From: a virus
Taxonomy: Duplodnaviria > Caudoviricetes
Virus record (IMG/VR): IMGVR_UViG_3300050190_000122
Location: 1 to 50,300 of that record
DNA: 50,300 bases
Direction: 5' to 3' (one strand)
Within the stretch, counting starts at the first letter, position 1. Each line of letters begins with the position of its first letter. A program made the translations under genes and the position numbers. Below, piece after piece: positions 9,191 to 18,840 of this stretch. Under the pieces are notes generated by a model, which saw only the letters and a program-made list of their open reading frames with translations, was not told the origin of the DNA and ran no database searches.

Positions 9191-9430
9191 TCATAAGAAC
9201 CACTTACAGGTCTGCACTTCAAACTTAATCTCAAACGGCTTCAGCTCTCCCTTGATCTCACTCTGGCACCTGAAGCACAGCATCTTATTACTGGCCAGCT
9301 TCTCTTCGATTACCGAGACTACCCGCTCTATCTTGACTACTTCCTCACCGTCAAACTTGAGGCGTAATGGGTGTATTTTCCCGTTCTCGAAGTGCGCCAG
9401 GACTTCTATTGGGGTCATTAGGATTTTCAT
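9191..9430 (-). CDS. Small beta-rich protein (DUF6504-like, a type often found near Y-family polymerases or prophage ends)
   Basis: PIEVLAHF..G..HPLRL...KIERV...EKLASN...FRCQS...W pattern. SD AGGAG. Confidence 0.6.
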   Translation of the reverse strand: MKILMTPIEVLAHFENGKIHPLRLKFDGEEVVKIERVVSVIEEKLASNKMLCFRCQSEIKGELKPFEIKFEVQTCKWFL

Positions 9431-9475
9431 GGCATTGCTGCTCCTATCGATGTATTTTATCCTTTGAGCACGGTG

Positions 9476-10111
9476 TTATTTTACGTTTCTAGATTCCAGT
9501 GTTATTTTGCAACATTCTCTTGGTTTTAAGATTTCCTTTACGAATTCAGTATTATTCCAATGCCCATAAATATAATCCCAAGTCATTAGCAATAAGATAT
9601 TATGAGCTCTTATATTTTTTTTGAATTTTATTTCCTCTAAATTTTCAATCTGATAAAGTTCAGCAACTTTATCAGATTTGAGCACTTTTTCTAGAATCCA
9701 CTTATGTGTTTTAAAATGAATTGGCTTTCCCTTCGAAATCCTATCCACTTCTACTATACCATCTGTAAACTCTTGTTCGACCATAACAGCAACCTTATCT
9801 TTCCGTTCTTTAATGTAATCTAAATTCCGGTACCCGGTAAGATCTTTAATGCTCATATAGGCCTTCCTTGTAAGCTTTGAGTAAATCATGCTATTGCTGA
9901 CACGTACAAATGAATAGCAATAAATAATTACACAGCAATAAATAATTGATACAATAATTCCGATAATTTTGAGGGACACGGGTAGGAACCAAATAACAAA
10001 CAGAAAAACACCAGTTATAAAAACCATAAAAACCGCAATTATAGAATTCATATTGGCATTATCGAGCCGACTGAACATCATAAAGTAAAATAATTGTAAT
10101 TTTTTTATCAT
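9476..10111 (-). CDS. AT-rich membrane protein (2-3 TM helices plus soluble C-terminal domain), unknown function
   Basis: SD GGAGGAG before the ATG at 10111. Two long hydrophobic segments. Confidence 0.7.
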   Translation of the reverse strand: MIKKLQLFYFMMFSRLDNANMNSIIAVFMVFITGVFLFVIWFLPVSLKIIGIIVSIIYCCVIIYCYSFVRVSNSMIYSKLTRKAYMSIKDLTGYRNLDYIKERKDKVAVMVEQEFTDGIVEVDRISKGKPIHFKTHKWILEKVLKSDKVAELYQIENLEEIKFKKNIRAHNILLLMTWDYIYGHWNNTEFVKEILKPRECCKITLESRNVK

Positions 10112-10160
10112 AGCTTTACTCCTCCAAAAACCGTCTACTCTACCTCTGAACATGAAACTC

Positions 10161-10369
10161 TTAGGATATTTCAACCAACTCACCAATCGTCACTCCAAGC
10201 CCCACTGCCATTCTCATAAGCGTATGTATTCGCACTTTTCGTACTTTTTCCGTATCACTGATATGTTTGGGTCGAAGTCCAACCATAGATGCCAGTTCTC
10301 CTTGGGTTAGCTGTAATTTTTTCTATAATCGGCTATTCATTTGCCGATAACTTGGTTGATTATGATCAA
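10161..10369 (-). pseudogene. XRE-family HTH regulator pseudogene
   Basis: Reconstructs to IGK*IADYR/KKLQLTQGELASMVGLRPKHISDTEK...TLMRMAVGLGVTIGELV with one TGA and one missing A in a poly-A run. Confidence 0.75.
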
Positions 10370-10531
10370 AAGGAATCGATCTTCTCAGTTCTCACTTTTG
10401 TTTTATATTTCCGTGGTACTAATTTACTGGTTTGGGCATGATCTGTCAACTCACAGTAACACCCTCACCGTTTCCGATGAGAGCCATGAGTTCAATAAGG
10501 GGCATTAGGATTTTTATGGTTTCTGCAGTTC

Positions 10532-11272
10532 CTAGTCTTCAGTTATATACAGTCTGGCGAAATCGAATATCGGCAAGATAAGTCTCAAGAATTCCCCCTC
10601 TGGGAGAGTTTTGTAACTAAATACTGATCCATCTTTAGTCAGGAGAAGTCTAGAAGGTTCTAGTTCAGGATCGTCATTAGGATAATCAACTCGCATTGCC
10701 GATATAAGCCCGTTTGTTTCATAACGATCCCAGTCTTCACTGGTGGCTACCTCTGTACCGCCTATATAAGCGACGTCTACATTTAAAAGCTGTATACGAC
10801 TAAACCACCCGCCTTTAATTTGCGGGCCCTCTGCTTGCTGGTCATATGCAGCCTTCATTCTAAGAAGATCTATGACTACCGGTTTTGCTCGTAGCTGGCT
10901 TTCATTAGCATCTGTTGGCATCCATGCTCGCAAACGTTTAAATGCTGCATTAAAAACTTGCTTAGAAGAATAGGCGCTGATTAACCATTGCCGATCTTCG
11001 TCTACAAAAGCTGGAAATAAATTTACTGATGCGATGTGTATTAGATCGTCAATTCTCCCTTGTGCTTCTGAATACCCAATCCCCTCAAAATCGCGCCCTA
11101 CATCGTGTGTGATTTGTAATTTTGTTAAGTCTCCATGCTCACTTTGCCCCAGTAATTCCACTTTTGTCTTTAACTCAATACTTGCCTGTGTGTTAGAAAA
11201 TTGAGGCATGGTTTCAATTGGCAAATCCGTGGGATATCGCTCGATGTGAAATAGTTTTGCTGATATTGGCAA
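10532..11272 (-). CDS. Soluble hypothetical protein (246 aa), second gene of a two-gene cargo operon
   Basis: Intact ORF, TTG start after GAAGG, 18 nt downstream of its partner gene. No family confidently recognised. Confidence 0.8.
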   Translation of the reverse strand: MPISAKLFHIERYPTDLPIETMPQFSNTQASIELKTKVELLGQSEHGDLTKLQITHDVGRDFEGIGYSEAQGRIDDLIHIASVNLFPAFVDEDRQWLISAYSSKQVFNAAFKRLRAWMPTDANESQLRAKPVVIDLLRMKAAYDQQAEGPQIKGGWFSRIQLLNVDVAYIGGTEVATSEDWDRYETNGLISAMRVDYPNDDPELEPSRLLLTKDGSVFSYKTLPEGEFLRLILPIFDFARLYITED

Positions 11273-11290
11273 GATATTACCTTCTTCTCT

Positions 11291-12106
11291 TTAAATTGAC
11301 AACTTAAAGAGAAGATTCTTCACACTCATAACTAAATCCTGCCTGTTTGCCGAACAAACGTATACTCTTTTTTCACTGGCATGAAGATTGCATCGTCCTG
11401 GCTTTTTTTGTAAATTAAATTGATCAACCTCTTGGCTTTCTATCCCTTTGATAAAGAGTTTCTTGAAATAATCGTGATCTTGCTCTCCCGATTTTATCTC
11501 AAGTGCAAATTTTCTGTATTTTATATCTTGAAGTGATTCTTCTAGCTCAGCAAAAACATTTGCAATAAACTCATCCAACACATCTTTGGTTTTTCGATAT
11601 CTAACAAGTGTTTTTCCAGTAACAGTTAAATGCGCCGCATCATTATTCTCTAGATCTTCTATACTGTCTCCTCGAGATTTTACGAACTCAATATTCACCC
11701 CTAAAGGATCAAAAGTAATGATACTTTCCATTCCCTTTTTACGTGAAAAATATTGTATGTCTTCCATATTTTTTTTAAGATTCTTATTTTGATTGATAGC
11801 CTTTACAATTAAATTTCTCAAAAACTGTTCATCAATAATTTTCAGAGAAGCTGATGGCAAAGAGAAATCAGCTGTATAATTCCAGGAAAATTGGATGTTT
11901 GTGAACCAGAAATAAAGGTATAGAAACAATCTATTTATTCGCTCGGAATTTTGTATTAGTGTCTGAATAATTGCTAAAAATAACGTTATTGTTGCTAGAT
12001 CTAAGCCATTAGCCTTGACAACAGTAACTAGTCTATACCCAAAAACAACAAGGTATAAAAGTAACAACAAAACCCATTTGTATTTCTTTAATTGCTTAAA
12101 GTCCAT
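11291..12106 (-). CDS. Protein with N-terminal TM helices and a soluble C-terminal domain (271 aa), first gene of the cargo operon
   Basis: SD GGGAGG, two hydrophobic N-terminal segments, AT-rich. Confidence 0.8.
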   Translation of the reverse strand: MDFKQLKKYKWVLLLLLYLVVFGYRLVTVVKANGLDLATITLFLAIIQTLIQNSERINRLFLYLYFWFTNIQFSWNYTADFSLPSASLKIIDEQFLRNLIVKAINQNKNLKKNMEDIQYFSRKKGMESIITFDPLGVNIEFVKSRGDSIEDLENNDAAHLTVTGKTLVRYRKTKDVLDEFIANVFAELEESLQDIKYRKFALEIKSGEQDHDYFKKLFIKGIESQEVDQFNLQKKPGRCNLHASEKRVYVCSANRQDLVMSVKNLLFKLSI

Positions 12107-12451
12107 GTTGCTTCCTCCCCTAGTTATAAAGTTCTTTTTCTTTGTATTATTCTCCGCTGGCTAAAAAAGTACCTGCAATTATTTGTCGAATTAATATTAT
12201 AATCCAAGTATGAACTAACACTAGCTGCAGTTCTTTCTACTTATTATCCCATCTGGCGTAGACATTTCTTTGTAAATTATAAAAAATCCCCTCGCTAGGA
12301 GGGGTAGTGGAAGAGAATGCAAAGATGGTCTATATTTCAACCGCAAAGTTTCGGGTGTTTATCTATTGTATTTATCATAAACCATATTTGTTACCTTTGT
12401 ATGTGGAATATGTTAAGATTTATTGCTCAAGTGATAAGCTATCTAAACCAC

Positions 12452-12488
12452 AAAAGCCCTCCCACCATTTCTGGCAAGAGGGCTTTTT
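12452..12488. terminator. Terminator ending the late/lysis operon
   Basis: AAAAGCCCTC...GAGGGCTTTTT. Confidence 0.75.
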
Positions 12489-12499
12489 CTCTATTTATT

Positions 12500-12952
12500 T
12501 TATTTCGCCTGTGCGGATAACTCCACGCCAGCGTTGGTAAGTACTTGATTATAAGCGACTTGTCCGGCCGCTGTAGCAGCTGCCACAATGGGCTGTAATG
12601 TGGGAGAAATTACATCGGATGTGATTGTCTTAGCAATAAGAACATCGGGAGATTCCACGGGCACAGGATCGGCAATAGGGGTTTCGCTAATATCAATACT
12701 TTGTAGGGGCGTTTCCTTAATAACCTCGATAGGTACGATAGAGGGAGATAAGGCAATTAACTTCGTGGCCTTAACTCTGCCAAGGATTGCATAGATGGAG
12801 CCCAGTACTCCAAAAGCTCCAATGATGATATTGACTATTTCGCTTTGCAACTCTGAATTGATTTGATAGTTAAAGATGGACGCAATTAGAGCAACGAATG
12901 TGACGATTGACCCTAAAATTGATGTTGACTGATACCATGCTTTTGTTTCCAT
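12500..12952 (-). CDS. Putative holin (2 TM helices plus acidic tail)
   Basis: METKAWYQSTSILG...AILGRVKA two-TM holin pattern, directly after the endolysin. Confidence 0.75.
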   Translation of the reverse strand: METKAWYQSTSILGSIVTFVALIASIFNYQINSELQSEIVNIIIGAFGVLGSIYAILGRVKATKLIALSPSIVPIEVIKETPLQSIDISETPIADPVPVESPDVLIAKTITSDVISPTLQPIVAAATAAGQVAYNQVLTNAGVELSAQAK

Positions 12953-12969
12953 GTTATTTTCCTTCTTTC

Positions 12970-13815
12970 TTATCCTAAATATTTTGCAACTAGTTGAGCG
13001 GTATCGTACTTGGTATTGCCGGATAGTAATGTTTCGTGGGGATGATTGACAGTAGCACCACCGACTACAATAAGACTTTTTGCGCTCATGGCGTCCTTTG
13101 GCACAGACCGATCTTCTGGACGAATGAATAAGGCACAATTATCATTTTTTACTGACACATCCGCCCCTGCCCAATAGTCCTCTTTGGTGAACAACAATAC
13201 AGCTACATTCAACACGTCAATTACCTCCTTTATTGCCTCTACCGGCGCAGAATTACCGTCCTGATAAGTAATACCAAAGTAAGCGCAAATGCCCCGAGCA
13301 TGAGCCACAGCAATGCTGTGAATGAATGCGGGTAGCCTTAGCTTTGAGGTATCTGCGACTGAGTCAATGAAACCACTCTCCGTTAGGATTGCCGGCATAC
13401 TTGTGTCTCGCAATACAAGGACGTTCTGTGTTTTAACTCCACGGTTAGCCCAGCCTCCTGCCGATACGAGGAAAGGCAAGACTTTTCTTGCGGCTGTCTC
13501 TGCACGGCCACCCATTCCAGCTACTAAGATTTCCTGCCCTGTTCCCCCACCAGCGTTGATGTGGACTGAAACAAATAAGTCTACTTTGTTCTGTTCGGCG
13601 ATCGCCACGCGGGCTTTAAGCTCACCGTTAATGTTCCCCTCTAAGCGGCCAGGGGAATAATCACCGTTACGCGTAAGGACGACGCTGATCCCGCTGTGCT
13701 CGAGCATGACTTTTAACATGAGACAAATTGCCAGGGTAAGGACTTTTTCTAGCAATCCATTCCCACATGCTCCCGGATCAGAGCCACCGTGACCAGGATC
13801 TAAACATACTTTCAT
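12970..13815 (-). CDS. Endolysin, N-acetylmuramoyl-L-alanine amidase (Amidase_3) with C-terminal cell-wall-binding domain
   Basis: LDPGHGGSDPGA, LEK, FVSVHINA and AILTESGFID motifs. Confidence 0.95.
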   Translation of the reverse strand: MKVCLDPGHGGSDPGACGNGLLEKVLTLAICLMLKVMLEHSGISVVLTRNGDYSPGRLEGNINGELKARVAIAEQNKVDLFVSVHINAGGGTGQEILVAGMGGRAETAARKVLPFLVSAGGWANRGVKTQNVLVLRDTSMPAILTESGFIDSVADTSKLRLPAFIHSIAVAHARGICAYFGITYQDGNSAPVEAIKEVIDVLNVAVLLFTKEDYWAGADVSVKNDNCALFIRPEDRSVPKDAMSAKSLIVVGGATVNHPHETLLSGNTKYDTAQLVAKYLG

Positions 13816-13835
13816 AATTTGATACTCCTTTTTCT

Positions 13836-14210
13836 TTAATGGCTCAGAACAAATACTCCGAGGCCTACGCATAAGCTACATAATCCGCCCATGATTATAG
13901 CCACAGCCCATGTTGGCCTACCCTGAGCTATTTCCTCAAGCTTTAGAAACACCTTATCGAATTTGACATCCACTTTAGTGTCTAAGCTATCAAACTTCCG
14001 GTTCATCTCTCCTTCAAAGCTACTCTGTGCTTCTTTTAATACTGATAAAGACGATTTTAAAACCGCAATCTCTGTGATTGCCACATTACCTTCTTTTGCA
14101 ATTACGAGTGCGGCTGCTTGTGCTGCTTGCGATACTGCTATAGCTGTGGCGGCGGCAGTTTGAGCTACGATACGGGCTGTAACCTGCTCTTGTGTTTCTA
14201 CTTCTGCCAT
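13836..14210 (-). CDS. Lysis-module coiled-coil protein with C-terminal TM helix (XhlA/holin-like)
   Basis: Coiled coil plus GRPTWAVAIIMGGLC TM segment, located before the endolysin. Confidence 0.6.
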   Translation of the reverse strand: MAEVETQEQVTARIVAQTAAATAIAVSQAAQAAALVIAKEGNVAITEIAVLKSSLSVLKEAQSSFEGEMNRKFDSLDTKVDVKFDKVFLKLEEIAQGRPTWAVAIIMGGLCSLCVGLGVFVLSH

Positions 14211-14368
14211 CCTTCTCACTTCTTCCATACGCTTTAATTCCTTTCGTACGGGCTACGTATACTGCCGTATAAAAGCGTCATCTTCACGCAAATAGGTGGA
14301 TCACGCTCTGAAATTGTCATGGTATTCCTCCTTTTGGGCATAAAAGAAACGCCCCGAAGGACGTTTGC

Positions 14369-14614
14369 TTATATTATTTTACCCAATATAACCGCTCCAT
14401 GGCCTACTACTGCTAACAATACCCTAGCACTAGCCACAGGGGTATAACTTGATAAATACGGGTATAGTCTAACACTCACCGCAGACTCACCGTCAAATTG
14501 TATCCTCGGTCTACCCGATACCCAAGTGGGGTCAATAGTCCCAAGTAAGAAAGACGGATTATCAGGGTTTCTTGAGTCTATAACACCCAAAAAATCTTCA
14601 GGACTAATCATCAA
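14369..14614 (-). CDS. Small tail-tip protein (OB-fold-like)
   Basis: LGTID...GRPRIQFDGE...YPYLSSYTP...RVL pattern, overlapping the Tal-like gene. Confidence 0.65.
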   Translation of the reverse strand: MMISPEDFLGVIDSRNPDNPSFLLGTIDPTWVSGRPRIQFDGESAVSVRLYPYLSSYTPVASARVLLAVVGHGAVILGKII

Positions 14615-15717
14615 ATACTCACCACTTTCTGTATATGGTGTTTCATTTTTGATCCTGCAACTAAGTCAAAGCCCCAAGATAACTCGTTGTAATTAGCACT
14701 TATACTTAGGGGGGAAAATACCAAAGTCAACATGTCATTCTCCGAATGCATAGGCATAATTGCAGTCTCCAAGTCTACCGTTTCATACACTTGAGAATCT
14801 CCAAAAGCCAGTCGTTGAACTTTAGCATCTAGGGTAGGTTGATCTGCTCCTGTATCAGTAGTAAAGCTGACTATGGTCCTGCCCCTATTAACGGTACTCG
14901 TGTGGCTTGCTGGGTTGATATTAGTGTACGTGCTTACCAGAACGCTCTGATCTGGTTCTGTAACCGTCAAGAGCCATTTATTCGGGATACTGAACAGGTC
15001 CAAGTCTTGTTCCATTTCGGGGAAGGTGACGCTCAAGGAGTCATTTTTGTAACTATAATCACTTGCTCTTGCCGAAGGTAGAACGTAGGGAGTCGCCACC
15101 GCTACCCCATAAGCATCGAAGTATAAGGTCCAATAATTAATAGCCCCTAGCAGGATATTAATTATAGTCAACTTCGGAGTACCTGGGGGCCAGTCTAGGG
15201 CTGTAGGCAACACGCTCGCAGTAGTTGTCAAGTTAACGGAGAGTATACCTGCCCCCGTCAATAGCGTTCTTGCTGCGGTGATATAGTTTGTTCCTGCAGC
15301 TATGGTGTAACGGTCTGTAACCCTATCGTCCATAAGAACTTGAAGCTGGTCATAGGCAGTTACCTCCCGAATAACATTGAGCGAAGTATCCGTCTTGCGC
15401 TTCGGAGAAGATAAGAGGAATACACCGAGCGGGAAGGGTACATAATTCCCATCGGGCATCTTGATGAGTAGAAATGGCTGAATTCTGTCTGAGAGGAAGT
15501 TTATTGAGGCATCCTCCAGCATAGAGAACGTCGCAGTCCTCTTTATATCCGCAAGACAATTATTCGCTACGTTCCCCGAGGTCACGTTTGAGAGAACCTT
15601 CTTGAAGTTGTTAAACTTATCAAGCAGAGTATATTGAAAATGAACTTCTCTGCTTGCCGAGTGAAGCGCAGAATCTACTTGAGAAGCAGTGTAAACACCA
15701 CTCTGTAAAGATAGCAT
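14611..15717 (-). CDS. Tail hub/Tal-like baseplate protein
   Basis: IKRTATF...FPLGVFLLSSP...AYDQL...LYFDAYG...DLFSIPNKW pattern and position in the tail module. Confidence 0.75.
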   Translation of the reverse strand: MLSLQSGVYTASQVDSALHSASREVHFQYTLLDKFNNFKKVLSNVTSGNVANNCLADIKRTATFSMLEDASINFLSDRIQPFLLIKMPDGNYVPFPLGVFLLSSPKRKTDTSLNVIREVTAYDQLQVLMDDRVTDRYTIAAGTNYITAARTLLTGAGILSVNLTTTASVLPTALDWPPGTPKLTIINILLGAINYWTLYFDAYGVAVATPYVLPSARASDYSYKNDSLSVTFPEMEQDLDLFSIPNKWLLTVTEPDQSVLVSTYTNINPASHTSTVNRGRTIVSFTTDTGADQPTLDAKVQRLAFGDSQVYETVDLETAIMPMHSENDMLTLVFSPLSISANYNELSWGFDLVAGSKMKHHIQKVVSI

Positions 15718-18700
15718 TTACACCACCTCACTATAACTTGTTTCGTTGATCTCAATTGTCGCCGTATAGCACAGCTGTTCTGCGTCTGCAATCGGAAGTG
15801 CGGTAATTGACCCAAACATTTTCCTACCTCTTGCATCACGAAAGCATAAAGTCGATTTACTTTTAACAAGTGATTGAAGGTGGACGTAATCCGCATCGTT
15901 TAATTCCAGCTGTGCTGATATTTTGCCTTCTTCCATTTCTCCAAATTCCGTCACCGGACGGTTACGTCCTGCGAATTGCATCAAGACTGATTGTGCTTGC
16001 CAATTCTCGTTTCTTCCATTACCGTCACTCAAAAATTGATAAATAGTTCCTGATGGATTATTAATACCATGTAGCCATATACCAATGAATGTAATTGTTC
16101 CTTGAGTATTCAAACTATCTGAGGTGGTAGCATTTACGCCTAGAGCAGTGACTTTGTACTCATAAACTTGACCTGAAGCAGTAGCATAGTCGCTGTAAGT
16201 TGTATTTATAGGGACGTTTGCTGATATTCTAGCCCAAGCGGTGTCTCCTAAATTTCTTCTATACAGATCATTAGCAGAAACTACGGGTTGCTCCCCTGTT
16301 GGAACGGGGTTTGTAATTGCTACGTCAATATGACCAATAGCAGGAGTTACGATCAACGTTGGGGTAGCGGGACCAGTATAACTGACAACAAAAGTCCTTA
16401 CTTTCTCAGCACTTTGAAGCCCCGAGTTATTCCATAGGGTTACTTTTAACTTGCAACTTGACCCGTTCAAAAAAGTATAGGGAATAGTGTATGCGTTAGT
16501 ATTTCCTGCTAGTTTACCGCTGTCATACAGTAGGGCGTCATTACCATCCGTTAGTTTTACTTGATAAAAGGCTTGAATATCTCCTGTGCTACCACTAAAG
16601 TTCCACGTTGCTACTAGACCTGAAGCGGGTAGTCCAAACCCGTCTGTGGTAGGATAAGTTATTGTAGCAACAGGTGTTAGCGAGGGAGTTACTGACGTAA
16701 GAGCAGAATATGGACCTGCTACACCTACCTTGTCCCAAGTAGATACTTTCCATTGATATTGAATACAATTGACTAGAACATTAGCTGCTAGAGTATAACT
16801 TGATACAGTGCTGACCAACTTGCCTGTATCTAGCATTACAACACCATCACTGACTCTGGTAATAACCAGTTGGAAAGCAGACTGAGAATCTCCTCCCGTG
16901 TCGTTGAACGTCCAACTAAATAAGACAGGCAGAATGGCATCAAAATTAGGTCTGATTAACCCTGTGGGAGCCAGGGGCGCGATGTTAGTGACGAATACAT
17001 CGGATACAAGTTGAGTATTGGTTGCATTCTTGTATATATAGGGAGCCAAATTTGTTTGGGCATAGTCTGATATCAGTAAACCAGAATTCAATCCAGCAAG
17101 GAGAAGTGTCTCACCTGCAAATTCTACTGACCCATTAGGACAAGTTTGATAATAAGCACCGCCACTTTGTTTTTGATAGAGTAATAACATGGACCCATCA
17201 GATCTTTCAGAGAATGTTGGAAAATCACAAGCAGCAATTAAATGGTTAGTTGGCCAGGATACGGTAGCACCATTGTTATCTGAGTAAGCCAAAAAGATTG
17301 TTTTTATTGAAGATGAATCTGTTTGTACCCAGGTATACCAAACACGTCCTGAATTAGAACCGTTTTTCTTGGTTAGGGCAGATATAAGTTCTTGTTGGTA
17401 ATTATTGTCATACCAAAGATTAGTCCCCCTTGACCAGATACTGCCAGTGAAATTAAAGGGAATAAGTGTGTGATCAACTCCTGAGTTTACGACTATTAGG
17501 GTGGGGAACCCGTTGAATTTGTATATAAGACAGGGATTATACCAATTAGTCAAAGACGTATTGTCAGTTGTTACCATATCATATCCCGCAGTACCGTCTT
17601 GCTTAGTCCAAGTTACTCCTGCATCAATACTTCTCCAACTTACTACGTTGACATCATTTGGGTATAAGGTATATTGGGTCATACATGATACAACCGTTAT
17701 AACCCCTGTTGAGTTAACAGCAATACAACAGCCCCACCCCTGGGTAGAGGTGAATGAGTTGAGAAATTGGTGGTTGGACCATATATTTATGTTGGTTTGA
17801 GTGGTAGCATCAATCTTATAGAACTCAGTACGAAGTGTGCTTACCACATCAGTTATGACAGCATAAATTATATTCCCATAGTTACTTATAGAAAAGTACG
17901 TACCATACCCATAACTTGAGTTATAGATAGAACATAATTGTTGCCAAGTAGTTCCATTATCTTTACTTACATACATATAATAGTAGTGGTTAATTACATC
18001 GCTGATCATTGATATAAACCAGCCGTTGGCTAGGGTTATAGGCTTGGTATTAATAGACCAACCATTCGCCCCTGAAGCGACAATCACTGTAGGATCAATG
18101 ACTATTGGATATACCCGCTCAACATCTGATATCCAAGCGTTATCCACGACGATGTCAAAGGACAGAACTCCTTCAACATTTGCGTTAACTCGATACTTAC
18201 CGTATGTCATGGCGCGGTCAGGAATCTTGGAATCATAAGCGACAATTTGAGGAAGTTGAAACACTGAGTTTCCGTCTTTGTCTAGTATGTTGATATCTCC
18301 GCTTGTCTCGAATGATCCAGTAATAATGAGCCCGTTAGCCTGAACCCTGAGATCAGGGTCAAACTCAATAACCCCGCCAAATACAAAATCTACCTCTCCA
18401 AATAGCCAAGGGAGTGGATCACGCTGAAATCCTTGGAGTAGAATTTGATGTTTTAGTTTGCTATCTTCTGTAATAAACCAATCATCGACATCAGGCATAG
18501 ACCGATTAAATCTAACATAATTGGCTTTTGTTTCCAAGGGAACCTCTTGGACGTTGAATATATTGTCTTCCGTTCCTTTCTCGTCAATGTACTTTATTGA
18601 CGAAGGTACCCACGTGAACTTTCTACCTTGAGATTCAAATACAACCTTGTTCCCTACAGCATAAAATGAGCTTTTTATTATGCCATTATCTGAGGCATAA

Positions 18701-18795
18701 TACTCAGGGGAGGTATCAGTTGCGGGTATAGTTTTAATTGAGTTATCAAGGTTCAGATTTTTTAATTCAGTATCAAAATCAAGGACTATGCCCAT
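15718..18795 (-). CDS. Large tail protein: beta-sandwich, BNR/Asp-box propeller, Ig/FN3 repeats and a C-terminal Dit-like domain
   Basis: RVYPIVIDPT; Asp-boxes SKDNGTTW, SIDAGVTW and SDNNGAT; FSW...QSAFQL Ig repeats; FAGRNRP...RDARGRKMFG. Confidence 0.75.
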   Translation of the reverse strand: MGIVLDFDTELKNLNLDNSIKTIPATDTSPEYYASDNGIIKSSFYAVGNKVVFESQGRKFTWVPSSIKYIDEKGTEDNIFNVQEVPLETKANYVRFNRSMPDVDDWFITEDSKLKHQILLQGFQRDPLPWLFGEVDFVFGGVIEFDPDLRVQANGLIITGSFETSGDINILDKDGNSVFQLPQIVAYDSKIPDRAMTYGKYRVNANVEGVLSFDIVVDNAWISDVERVYPIVIDPTVIVASGANGWSINTKPITLANGWFISMISDVINHYYYMYVSKDNGTTWQQLCSIYNSSYGYGTYFSISNYGNIIYAVITDVVSTLRTEFYKIDATTQTNINIWSNHQFLNSFTSTQGWGCCIAVNSTGVITVVSCMTQYTLYPNDVNVVSWRSIDAGVTWTKQDGTAGYDMVTTDNTSLTNWYNPCLIYKFNGFPTLIVVNSGVDHTLIPFNFTGSIWSRGTNLWYDNNYQQELISALTKKNGSNSGRVWYTWVQTDSSSIKTIFLAYSDNNGATVSWPTNHLIAACDFPTFSERSDGSMLLLYQKQSGGAYYQTCPNGSVEFAGETLLLAGLNSGLLISDYAQTNLAPYIYKNATNTQLVSDVFVTNIAPLAPTGLIRPNFDAILPVLFSWTFNDTGGDSQSAFQLVITRVSDGVVMLDTGKLVSTVSSYTLAANVLVNCIQYQWKVSTWDKVGVAGPYSALTSVTPSLTPVATITYPTTDGFGLPASGLVATWNFSGSTGDIQAFYQVKLTDGNDALLYDSGKLAGNTNAYTIPYTFLNGSSCKLKVTLWNNSGLQSAEKVRTFVVSYTGPATPTLIVTPAIGHIDVAITNPVPTGEQPVVSANDLYRRNLGDTAWARISANVPINTTYSDYATASGQVYEYKVTALGVNATTSDSLNTQGTITFIGIWLHGINNPSGTIYQFLSDGNGRNENWQAQSVLMQFAGRNRPVTEFGEMEEGKISAQLELNDADYVHLQSLVKSKSTLCFRDARGRKMFGSITALPIADAEQLCYTATIEINETSYSEVV

Positions 18796-18840
18796 ATTCT
18801 TCCTCCTTAGAGTAGGGGCTACGAATAGCCCCTAACAGTA

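Noticed and set aside
9182-9193. TGA followed by AAG ATG TAA as possible selenocysteine or readthrough
   Set aside because: It would add only three residues, has no redox motif context, and is more simply a natural stop or a Trp-to-stop change.
12307-12540. Overlapping plus-strand ORFs after the lysis module
   Set aside because: Both cross a terminator and lack recognisable features, so at most a gene remnant.
14234-14320. 28-aa ORF with a strong SD before the lysis genes
   Set aside because: Possibly real, but too short and featureless to support a call.
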